From an uncultured Actinomycetes bacterium (GTDB lineage: Bacteria; Actinomycetota; Acidimicrobiia; Acidimicrobiales; RAAP-2), in contig CAIQUD010000122.1 of NCBI GenBank assembly GCA_903874965.1, forward strand, positions 31,780-95,779: DNA of 64,000 bases, read 5' to 3'. Below are positions 58,101 to 64,000 of the stretch, piece after piece (the first letter of the stretch is position 1; the number at the start of each line of letters is the position of its first letter). The position numbers and the translations under genes were made by a program. A model generated the notes under the pieces. That model was given only the letters and a program-made list of their open reading frames with translations. It had not been told where the DNA came from and made no database searches.

Positions 58101-59739
58101 CTCGCTGCCAGGGGCGAAGACTTGTTCGGTGACCGTCGCAGTCGGTGATCTTTCCGCGACCTTCAATTGCACGGTCAATGGACTGACGAATGGAACGAGT
58201 TACACGTTCAGTGTGAAGGCAACGAACGGGGCTGGAACGAGTGCCGCATCGCCTGCGTCCAATACCGTGACGCCATCGACGACGCCGGGGCCACCAGCGA
58301 GTGTGACGGCCTATGCCGGAAACAACTCGGCAACTGTGAGTTGGAATGCTCCACAAACCAATGGTGGATCCCCAATCCTTGGGTACAAGGTCACGGCGAA
58401 TCCTGGAGGAAACGTTTGCACCACCAATGGTGCGCTCTCCTGCACGGTGACAAGCCTCACCAACGGCACGTCGTACACCTTCACGGTCATCGCGACCAAT
58501 GCGAATGGTGACTCGATTGCCTCTGCACCGACGTCAACCATCGTTCCGTCATCGTTGCCGGGACCGCCAATTGCCCCAACGGCAACTGCTGGATTCCAGT
58601 CGGCAACGGTGCAGTGGACCGCTCCGTTCTCAAACGGCGGATCGCCAATCCTCACGTACACCGTGACATCAACTCCTGACGGCAAGACCTGCACGACCAA
58701 TGGTGCGCTGTTCTGCACCGTGACCGGGCTTACGACGGGTGTGACCTACACCTTCACGGTGTTTGCAACCAACAGCGATGGTCAGGGTTCGGACTCTCCG
58801 AGTTCGAATGCCGTTCTCATGCCAACGACGCCAGGTGCGCCGAGAAATGTGACCGGAGCACCGACCGACAAAGCAATCACGGTCAGTTGGCTTGCACCAA
58901 TGAGCGATGGTGGGGCTTCAATCACCGCCTACACCGTTCATGCCTATGACGGCGTCACGCCTGCGGGAACGTGTACGACCACCGGAGCACTCACCTGCAC
59001 CGTTACGGGACTCACGAATGGCACGTCGTACACCTTCACGGTTGTTGCTACCAACCTTGTTGGAGATGGCCCAGCCTCAACGGCCAGTGCCGCGATTCAA
59101 GCTGGAATTACCGCTCCGTCGGCTCCTAGTGGACTCTTCGTGATGCCGGGCAAGGGCTTCGTGACGGTGTTCTGGAACCCATCGGCCAGCAATGGCGGTG
59201 CGCCAATTACTTGGTATGACGTCAAGGTCTTCAACAGGGCTGGACGGATCGTCGGAAGTTGCCACACGCATGGTGCGACTTCTTGTGTGATCCGGGGTCT
59301 TCCGAATGGCGTGGCATTGGTCTTCCAAGTTTCGGCTCGAAATGCGCTCTTCAGCGGTGCGCATCAGTCGGCGATTGCCGTTCCTACGACGCCACCTACG
59401 GCCACCATTGACCGGTTCACGTTCAATGGCAGTTTTCTGACGCCTGCTCAGGTCAACATGGTGAAGTCCTGGGCACGTTTCATCAAGTTGGAGCACTTCA
59501 AGAAGGTCACCTTGTCTGGCTATGCATCGAGGGAAGGCACTCCGGCCCACCAGTCCCAAATGGGTCTGATGCGTGCACGCGCAACGCTTGCCCAACTTCG
59601 CCATGAGTTGGCCTTGCTGAAGGTCAAGTCGGTGACATTCCGAGTCCGGACGTATGGAGGCACGGTGCTTGTGGTTCCGTCCTACCGTGCAACTGGCGGC
59701 GCAACCAGCCGAAGGGTTGTCATCTCCTACAGCAACTAG
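52168..59739 (+). CDS. giant secreted protein: signal peptide, 25 tandem fibronectin type III domains, C-terminal OmpA-like module (2523 aa)
   Basis: Uninterrupted 7572-nt ORF. N-terminal MKTLRALILAVVSSTLSLTAVVVPMSGSTASA|A. I counted 25 copies of the ...GN.QATVSW.AP.SNGGSPIT.YTVT...C...C.VTGLTNG..YTF.V.A.N... unit. Confidence 0.9.
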   Translation: MKTLRALILAVVSSTLSLTAVVVPMSGSTASAATRVAHVGTVPGAPTGALATAGNGQATVTWRAPRNAGSSPITSYTVTSDTYLSAYPVRTCTTPDGRTLSCIVTGLTNGVLYAFTVTATNSAGTSVASVYTNTVTPTAPPTPPTAVTARAGSSSAAVSWTAPTSNGGAAISSYTASAFNANGTVASTCRTTSGTNTAAATNCTIAGLTNGLTYTVSVVASNGTSTSTPSTPAVSVTPVGPPPAPGTPVAVPGNTQATVTWTAPISNGGSAISGYTVTSTTTANSCTATVTLSCTVTGLTNGRTYAFRVVARNASGAGTQSAASNSVIPGVIPGAPTTVVATAGNASATVTWKAPTSNGGSPILRYVVTSTPGSVTCTTANGTTLSCVVSGLTNGTAYTFKVVAVNGIGSGPASTASNSVTPSLPPNVPTNVIAVAGNAQATVSWTPAATITTPIVSYTASAIPAGRRTTCTTPNSSTHTCTITGLTNGRSYTFTVVANFARGSSAASTPSNAVTPATLPGAPTGLTVTAGNTSIIASWVAPRSNGGSPITSYVATAFDLNGNAISTCTTATLTCTIPGLTTGTPYRVSVKAANSVGFGPSTPLSASVTPSTLPSAPVTVTAVAGNGAATVSWLAPLSSGGTPVTSYLVTAYAGATASYTCATNGALSCVVNGLTNGTAYTFKVVATNTNGSGPASVASRAVTPVGIVGAPTVPLSVTGVPGTSLVTVSWLAPASNGGKTITGYTVTGYGPSGAVAGSCTTAGALSCTVFGLTNGAGYTFSVYASNANGRGPSSPSTSVVIPVTLPGSPTSISTVPGNSQVTVSWVAPSFNGGTPILSYVVTAFDPGSNVAGSCSTPNGSTTSCTVTGLTNGIAYTFAVSATNAVGVGTASVSAPATPSTIPSSPTGVVATAGNGAATVHWTAGANGGSPITGYTVTAFDNVHVTAGTCSTVGATSCTITGLTNGIAYTFSVTATNANGSSNPSAESSAVTPTAPVGTPSVPQSVSAVADDASATISWSAPSSTGGSAITGYTVTAYDQDGVVAGTCSVDGSTLTCSITGLTNGVGYTFSVVASNVAGSGPASALTSVVVPTGNPAAPSGVIATPGAGQVAISWTAPTFDGGSPITSYTVTASPGGLTCTTPDGSTLTCTITGLTNGVGYTFTVVATNTNGDSPASSPSSTVTPSAVPSPPLNVTATTSNGGATISWDAPDSSGGSPITGYTVTSSPGGLTCVTNGELTCNIGGLTNGVSYTFTVTATNGDGASDPSSPSNAVIPSTLPTAPLNPTALASNGQATITWTAPASDAGSPITSYTVTSSPGGLTCTTPDGSTLTCTVTGLTNGTAYTFTVVATNGNGNGDTSVATAPVTPSSIPGAPLSVSGKGGNGQAVVTWSPPASDGGSPITGYTVTAFDPNGHAAGGCTTDGSTTSCSIFNLTNGVGYTFSVTATNANGTGLASAPSSPPTVPTDVSSKPLSVTGTPGNGQVTVSWLAPGSTGGTPITGYTVTASTGGTPIATCTTTGALSCVVTGLTNGVAYTFTVVATNSNGPSPASDPSTPVVPSTTPDAPTISTATAGNGQITVAWTAPGFSGGSPITGYSATAYDSGLNVISTCTTSGALTCTITGLTNGTAYTVSVQAINVNGTGTASTTLSATPSTKPTAPVNVTAIPSNGSAIVSWTVPSSDGGSPILSYTVTAYSGVNALTTCTTPDGTTLTCTVTGLSNGTAYTFKVVATNANGASPASLASSPPTTPTGNPGAPTAVQSIAGNGQLTASWTAPVATGGSPITLYTATAYNGNTASANCQTSDGSTLTCTITGLTNGTAYTVKVTATNINGTSPASIAATAVTPSTKPNAPTNVTAVAGSAQATVSWSAPSFNGGSPITGYTVTSDPDFRTCTTNGATSCTVTGLSNGTAYTFTVIATNVNGDSPSSLASQQPATPSSASTAPSSVTATAGNASALVSWHIPSANGGQRITSYTVTSLPGAKTCSVTVAVGDLSATFNCTVNGLTNGTSYTFSVKATNGAGTSAASPASNTVTPSTTPGPPASVTAYAGNNSATVSWNAPQTNGGSPILGYKVTANPGGNVCTTNGALSCTVTSLTNGTSYTFTVIATNANGDSIASAPTSTIVPSSLPGPPIAPTATAGFQSATVQWTAPFSNGGSPILTYTVTSTPDGKTCTTNGALFCTVTGLTTGVTYTFTVFATNSDGQGSDSPSSNAVLMPTTPGAPRNVTGAPTDKAITVSWLAPMSDGGASITAYTVHAYDGVTPAGTCTTTGALTCTVTGLTNGTSYTFTVVATNLVGDGPASTASAAIQAGITAPSAPSGLFVMPGKGFVTVFWNPSASNGGAPITWYDVKVFNRAGRIVGSCHTHGATSCVIRGLPNGVALVFQVSARNALFSGAHQSAIAVPTTPPTATIDRFTFNGSFLTPAQVNMVKSWARFIKLEHFKKVTLSGYASREGTPAHQSQMGLMRARATLAQLRHELALLKVKSVTFRVRTYGGTVLVVPSYRATGGATSRRVVISYSN
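52291..59397 (+). repeat. 25 tandem ~95-codon FN3-encoding repeats
   Basis: Counted from the GL(T/S)NG-x-x-Y-x-(F/V)-x-V motif, which occurs 25 times. Repeat copies differ at many synonymous positions. Confidence 0.85.
59398..59736 (+). other. C-terminal OmpA/MotB-like domain of the giant protein (divergent)
   Basis: FTFNGSFLTPAQ...VTLSGYASREGTPAHQSQMGLMRARATLAQL...SRRVVISY follows the OmpA_C layout (F.F.s..L / i.GhTD..G....N..LS..RA / NRRVei). The TD and N positions are substituted. Confidence 0.5.
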
Positions 59740-59759
59740 GAACTCACGAGGAGATCGTT

Positions 59760-59794
59760 GAAGAGGCCCCTGCTCGTTGAGCGGGGGCCTCTTC
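59760..59794 (+). terminator. strong stem-loop downstream of the giant gene
   Basis: GAAGAGGCCCCTGCTC-gtt-GAGCGGGGGCCTCTTC, a 16-bp stem with one G-U pair, 21 nt after the stop codon. It could also serve the convergent methyltransferase operon. Confidence 0.7.
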
Positions 59795-59914
59795 GCGTCG
59801 AGGCGTAAACCCGATCTGGCAGTTACGACTCACTGACGTCGTGTCCGCTTCGCTCGTGGCTCAATCGTCCTGACGGTCGACTCGCTACAAGACCTTTAGA
59901 TGCATTGACTGGAA

Positions 59915-60748
59915 CTACTTCGTTGCGAGGACCTCACCATGTGGGATGGTGAACGTGGCGCCGCTCGTTGAGGACCACTCGAGAAACGCATGTGAGATTG
60001 CCTCGAGTTCGTCTTGTGTTGACGCACCAATTGAGCGTGCTTGCTCAGCGAAGGCACTGAATTTGACTCGATCGGACCAAAGTCCTCCCCACCACCGTCG
60101 ATCCTCATCACTCGAGAAGTGCCATGTGGAGGTGGTTATCCGAAGCTGATGAAATCCGGCTTCTCCTACCCAGGAGGAAAGGTATCGACCGGCATCTGCT
60201 TCAGCCTTGTTGGCCGTCGTCACCGCTTTGTAGATCTCGAGCCAGCGGTCGAAGAGCGGTGTTGGAGGTGTCCAAGTGAAGGCGCCGTAGTCACTGTCTC
60301 TGACGGCCAGGAGTCCACCAATGCGGAGAACTCTCCTGAGCTCCCGAAGTGCTGCCACTGGATCAACGAGGTGTTGAAGTACCTGGTGAGCGAAGACCAC
60401 GTCGAAGGATCCGTCCGAAAAAGGGAGGTCGTAGACATTTGCTTGCTGAATGGTGAGATTGGGTACCTGTGCTGCAGCCTCAGCGGCTGCGGCGACGGCT
60501 CCATCGGCGTTATCAACACCATTAACCGCACCGAGCGGGAGCAGGCGGGCGAGATCGGCGGAGATTGTTGCCGGCCCACACCCGACATCGAGCAAGTGGT
60601 CAGACGGCTTCAGATGTGGCAAGAGAAATGCAGCTGAGTTCTCCGCAGTCCTCCAGAGATGGCTCCGAAGGACCGACTCGTGATGGCCGTGTGAATATCG
60701 TTCGACTGGAGTCTCCCCTTGACCCGTCGTCGACCCGTCAGAAGTCAC
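59915..60748 (-). CDS. class I SAM-dependent methyltransferase (UbiE/Methyltransf_11-like)
   Basis: LLDVGCGPATISADLA motif I and FDVVFAHQVLQHL. Confidence 0.85.
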   Translation of the reverse strand: MTSDGSTTGQGETPVERYSHGHHESVLRSHLWRTAENSAAFLLPHLKPSDHLLDVGCGPATISADLARLLPLGAVNGVDNADGAVAAAAEAAAQVPNLTIQQANVYDLPFSDGSFDVVFAHQVLQHLVDPVAALRELRRVLRIGGLLAVRDSDYGAFTWTPPTPLFDRWLEIYKAVTTANKAEADAGRYLSSWVGEAGFHQLRITTSTWHFSSDEDRRWWGGLWSDRVKFSAFAEQARSIGASTQDELEAISHAFLEWSSTSGATFTIPHGEVLATK

Positions 60749-60801
60749 GGGGACGCCAAAGGAACAGCCAACCTAGAGGAGAAGCTTGAAGCGGTCAGTA
60801 C

Positions 60802-62502
60802 TCAGACCGTGACGGTGTAGGTGGCCGAGTGACTCTTCGTTGAGGTCTTGCCAGTAATGGTCACCGTGTACGTACCCTTGGAAATCCTGCTCCTGGCGGT
60901 GATCGTCGCTGTGACCGAGGTTCCCGTAGTGGCTGAGCTCGGTGAGAAGCTAACCGACAAGTTATTCGACGAACTCTGGGCACTGAACGAAATCTTCTGG
61001 TTCGATCCGCTCGTCACCGCAGTTGAGACCGAAGTTGTCGTGGAACCTCCGGCTGTCACCGTGCCAGATGTTGGCGACAGTGCAATGGAGAAGTCATTCG
61101 TTGTCGTCGGAGCGTTGACCTTGAGTGAGTAACTCGCGGTGTGGAAACCGGAGGTCGCTGTGCCAGTAATCGTCAAGGTGTAGGTACCAGCTGCGGTTGT
61201 TGAAGTTGTCGCAATGGAAAGCGTTGACGACGAACCCGAGGTGACTGACGTTGGTGAGAGTGTCGCCGTCACGCCAGTTGGTGCACCGGTGACGGTGAGT
61301 GCAACGGTCTGAGCGGTTCCAGACGTCGTAGCGGTTGAAACCGTCGACGTTGCTGATCCACCAGCAGTCACCGTGCTTGAGGTGGGTGAGAGTGCAACGG
61401 AGAAGTCATTGGTGACTGGGCCGCCGACAATGGCGTGTGCAATCTGGCATCCCGAGACTTCGTTGGACCAGTTGGCCTGCATGGCGAAGCTTCCAGTCGC
61501 AAAGTTCACATTTTGTGCACCGGTCGTTCCGCCAGTGCCGTTCCATGCACACTTGTCGGAATTCTCCATGCCCGTGACGCTGTCCCACCAACCTCCGCCA
61601 GGGTTCTGGTCGGTGATGGTTTCGGCGTATTCGTGGCCACCAACAATGGTCACACCGTCGAGGGCTCCAGCGGTGCCTGCGTTGACGTAGTTCGCTCCAC
61701 AACTCGTCCCAAGGTCGGTGATGTAGGGCATGTTGGTGAAGGCAATGTCGCCATAGGACGAAGCTGCTGCGCCGCCGGTCAGGGTGGTGTCACCGTTGTA
61801 GTCGTGCCACGCACAGAAGTTGGAGCCGGTCGTGTTGAAGCCGTCAGGGTGGGTTCCGGTTGGGGAGACAATGACGTACTGGGCAGAACGGTTGAGCGTC
61901 GCGGTCGTGTTGCCAAAGTGACCAGCGGCAAGAACGGCTTCCGTGGCAAGTGCATTACCGGTCGACTGAGTAGCTGAGGCGACGGAATTGTCATACCAAA
62001 CCCCGGCCAACGCGCCACCGGTTGGGTAGCCAACGTGCGTGAGGCCAGCAGCACATGATGTTGCCCCATTGAGGGCTCCGTCGCAGTACTGAGTTTGTAC
62101 ACCAGACCAAAGTTCAGAATTGGTTCCAATGCCCTTGAACATGGCTTGAATTCGAGGGGCAATTCCCTTTGGGTCACCAGTGAAGGTTGCATAACCGTTG
62201 CTATCGGTCCCCTGGGTTCCCCACTGGGAGCCGTAGAACACGACATAGACCTTTGGAGCACCCGTCGTGACCTCGATACCGTCGATGCCTCCGTGTGCGG
62301 TGAGGTTCGTCACGGCATGAGCGTGGCGAGCCTTCATCGAAATGGCATGTGCCGTTTTCCAAGCGCCCTGGGTGAGGAACGGAACCTTTCCGGAACCGTG
62401 TTGAACCGCAGTTGCGGATACGGGTGCGGAAGCGAGTCCCATGCCACCAAGAACGGTGGCGAAGGCGAGCGCGGCTGACGAACGACGAATGAAATTGGCC
62501 AT
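60802..62502 (-). CDS. secreted protein: signal peptide, Cys-rich domain of unrecognised family, two Ig-like T/S-rich repeats
   Basis: [32 protein letters not shown] signal. A ~330-aa domain with conserved-looking blocks ([37 protein letters not shown]). Two ~100-aa NDFS(V/I)[13 protein letters not shown]... modules follow. Confidence 0.6.
   Translation of the reverse strand: MANFIRRSSAALAFATVLGGMGLASAPVSATAVQHGSGKVPFLTQGAWKTAHAISMKARHAHAVTNLTAHGGIDGIEVTTGAPKVYVVFYGSQWGTQGTDSNGYATFTGDPKGIAPRIQAMFKGIGTNSELWSGVQTQYCDGALNGATSCAAGLTHVGYPTGGALAGVWYDNSVASATQSTGNALATEAVLAAGHFGNTTATLNRSAQYVIVSPTGTHPDGFNTTGSNFCAWHDYNGDTTLTGGAAASSYGDIAFTNMPYITDLGTSCGANYVNAGTAGALDGVTIVGGHEYAETITDQNPGGGWWDSVTGMENSDKCAWNGTGGTTGAQNVNFATGSFAMQANWSNEVSGCQIAHAIVGGPVTNDFSVALSPTSSTVTAGGSATSTVSTATTSGTAQTVALTVTGAPTGVTATLSPTSVTSGSSSTLSIATTSTTAAGTYTLTITGTATSGFHTASYSLKVNAPTTTNDFSIALSPTSGTVTAGGSTTTSVSTAVTSGSNQKISFSAQSSSNNLSVSFSPSSATTGTSVTATITARSRISKGTYTVTITGKTSTKSHSATYTVTV
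60805..61410 (-). repeat. two tandem ~100-codon repeats encoding Ig-like modules
   Basis: Residues 365-468 and 469-566 both start NDFS(V/I)ALSPTS(S/G)TVTAGGS and end ...GTYT(L/V)TITG...(S/T)Y(S/T)(L/V).V. Confidence 0.6.
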
Positions 62503-62638
62503 AGACGAATCCTATGCACTTTGTGGCGCGGGGGAAAGGGAAAATTCAGTTGATGATGCATTGGTAACTGTGGACTAACAAACGTCTAACTTTTGTTTGC
62601 ACACCACCTTTGATGAATTCTCACGTCAAGATGGATCC

Positions 62639-63172
62639 ATGACAGCTGGCGAGATTGAATCCTGTCCTGATTGCGGATTTGTTTGGGATCACGTCCTCAT
62701 CAATGACGTTCCGAGACGGTTGGAGCTAGGGACGAGATCATTTGTCGAGTTGCTTGCTCAAGACGACGCGGTCGTCAGTGTGCGCCCGTCGTTCGACCGA
62801 TGGTCAATTGCTGAGTATGCGGGTCATGTCCGAGACGTCTTGCTGACGGTTCGTGAGCGCATGATCGCTGCGACAATTGCCGATCGACCAACTGGTCTCC
62901 CGATTTTTCGTGAAGAGCGCGTGGCACTTGGCTACTACCGTCTTGATACCCCTATGGAGCTTGCCGTTGAACTCCAAGCCGCGAGCGGACTGCTCGTGAA
63001 GACCGTTCGGTCGATACCTTCAGGGTTGGAAACTCGAACTATGAACTATGGATTCCCTTCTCCAATGGAGCGTCCGGTCACGTGGGTCGCAGCCCAAGGC
63101 GTTCATGAACTCGAACACCACCTAGGTGATGCAGAAAAGAACGTGCTCTTGCGCTCATCAGGGCTTGCTTGA
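62639..63172 (+). CDS. DinB-family protein
   Basis: CPDCGF N-terminal motif, WSIAEYAGHVRDV and HELEHHLGD His-triad-like spacing. ATG 62639 is preferred. Confidence 0.65.
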   Translation: MTAGEIESCPDCGFVWDHVLINDVPRRLELGTRSFVELLAQDDAVVSVRPSFDRWSIAEYAGHVRDVLLTVRERMIAATIADRPTGLPIFREERVALGYYRLDTPMELAVELQAASGLLVKTVRSIPSGLETRTMNYGFPSPMERPVTWVAAQGVHELEHHLGDAEKNVLLRSSGLA

Positions 63173-63236
63173 TCACGTTCCAAGTCGGTGCTCAGATGTG
63201 CTCTTCAGCAACTTCCCTTTGAGAACGGAGATTCTC

Positions 63237-63668
63237 GTGGCCCGCACCAGCACCTACCTCAACTTTGATGGCAATGCCGAAGAAGCCTTCGCTACCTACG
63301 CAAAGATCTTCGGCACCGAATTGCAAGGTCCCATCATGCGCTTTGGCGACGTTCCGGAGGCACCGGGTCAACCGCCACTTGGTCCAGACGAGAAGTCAAA
63401 AGTGATGCACGCCGAACTTCCAATCCTCGGAGGTCACGTCATCATGGCAACGGACGTCCTTCAGTCAATGGGCCAAACCCTTCGCATTGGGAACAACTCA
63501 ACCTTCAATCTTGAGCCTGATACTCGAGAAGAAGCAGAAGCGCTCCACAAAGCGCTTTCTGAAGGCGGTTCTGAATCCGTGCCCATGCAAGCAATGCCCT
63601 GGGGCGCGTATTGGGGCTGCACACTTGATCGATTTGGTGTGCGGTGGATGCTCAACGTCATGGACTAA
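63237..63668 (+). CDS. VOC family protein (PhnB-like)
   Basis: TYLNFDGNAEEAFATYAKIFG...VMHAEL...MPWGAYWGCTLDRFGVRWMLN. GTG 63237 is preceded by ACGGAG. Confidence 0.8.
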   Translation: MARTSTYLNFDGNAEEAFATYAKIFGTELQGPIMRFGDVPEAPGQPPLGPDEKSKVMHAELPILGGHVIMATDVLQSMGQTLRIGNNSTFNLEPDTREEAEALHKALSEGGSESVPMQAMPWGAYWGCTLDRFGVRWMLNVMD

Positions 63669-63685
63669 TCGAGCCAGTTGCTTGA

Positions 63686-64000
63686 TTACTCAGATGGACG
63701 GCTGAGCGCGTTTCGTTGATAAGGAAGCAGTGCGTTCTGCGGGGCTTCTTGCAAGAGGCCATTGAGGGCTCCTGTTGCATCGACCGTTGATCGATTTTGG
63801 CTGAGTTTTGCCTTGCCTTCTATTCGGTTGACTCGGAGACAAACGCCAACAATCCCTCCAAGAAGCTGGTCAACGTACTCGCTCGGGGCATTCGTTACTT
63901 CCCAAGGCTCTGCCCGCTCGTTTTCCATACGACTCGTGAGCTTTTCGACGTTCCTGCGAAGCTCATTGGGATCATCAAAGCGCTCGAGTGTGCCGTGACA
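63686..64000 (-). CDS. FMN-binding negative transcriptional regulator PaiB-like; 5' end off the window
   Basis: The frame stays open to position 64000. The C-terminal ...IVGVCLRVNRIEGKAKLSQNRS... is the PaiB-family hallmark as I recall it. Confidence 0.65.
   Translation of the reverse strand, partial: CHGTLERFDDPNELRRNVEKLTSRMENERAEPWEVTNAPSEYVDQLLGGIVGVCLRVNRIEGKAKLSQNRSTVDATGALNGLLQEAPQNALLPYQRNALSRPSE

Noticed and set aside
53358-59604. Many 60-200-aa ORFs in other frames or on the other strand inside the giant FN3 gene (for example 54063..54659 and 59077..59604)
   Set aside because: They are periodic frame shadows generated by the repeat array. None spans a repeat boundary with an independent signature.

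Overview
This window covers the chromosomal replication-origin neighbourhood of an actinobacterium. The core gene order matches the Mycobacterium/Streptomyces oriC region. On the minus strand: parB-parA, then rsmG-jag-yidC-yidD-rnpA-rpmH. On the plus strand: dnaA-dnaN-recF-DUF721(DciA)-gyrB-gyrA. Further left lie cca, an Rv3909-like gene with murJ, trxB-trxA-cwlM, the ino1/PadR/DUF5318 cluster, panB, rpsF-ssb-rpsR-rplI and dnaB. Any lineage call below Actinomycetota (possibly Acidimicrobiia) is inference only. DnaA-box clusters sit on both sides of dnaA, and the dnaA-dnaN spacer is the most likely oriC. A further DnaA-box cluster lies upstream of dnaB. Three parS sites are concentrated in a 1.6-kb three-gene segment that separates rsmG from parA and carries an orphan ParB/Srx-fold ORF. 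Right of gyrA the content becomes accessory. It holds small detox-type enzymes (VOC, DinB, GNAT, haloalkane dehalogenase) and a Coq4-like protein. It also holds a 7.6-kb gene for a 2523-aa secreted protein of 25 tandem FN3 domains, each with a conserved Cys pair, ending in a divergent OmpA-like module. Next to that gene is a second secreted protein of unrecognised catalytic type. The left edge carries an ATGA-coupled trio: 2OG-oxygenase, Fae-like enzyme and alkylsulfatase. I recognised no rRNA, tRNA, CRISPR array, transposase or integrase. All family assignments come from reading motifs and sequence by eye; none has been verified by a database search.
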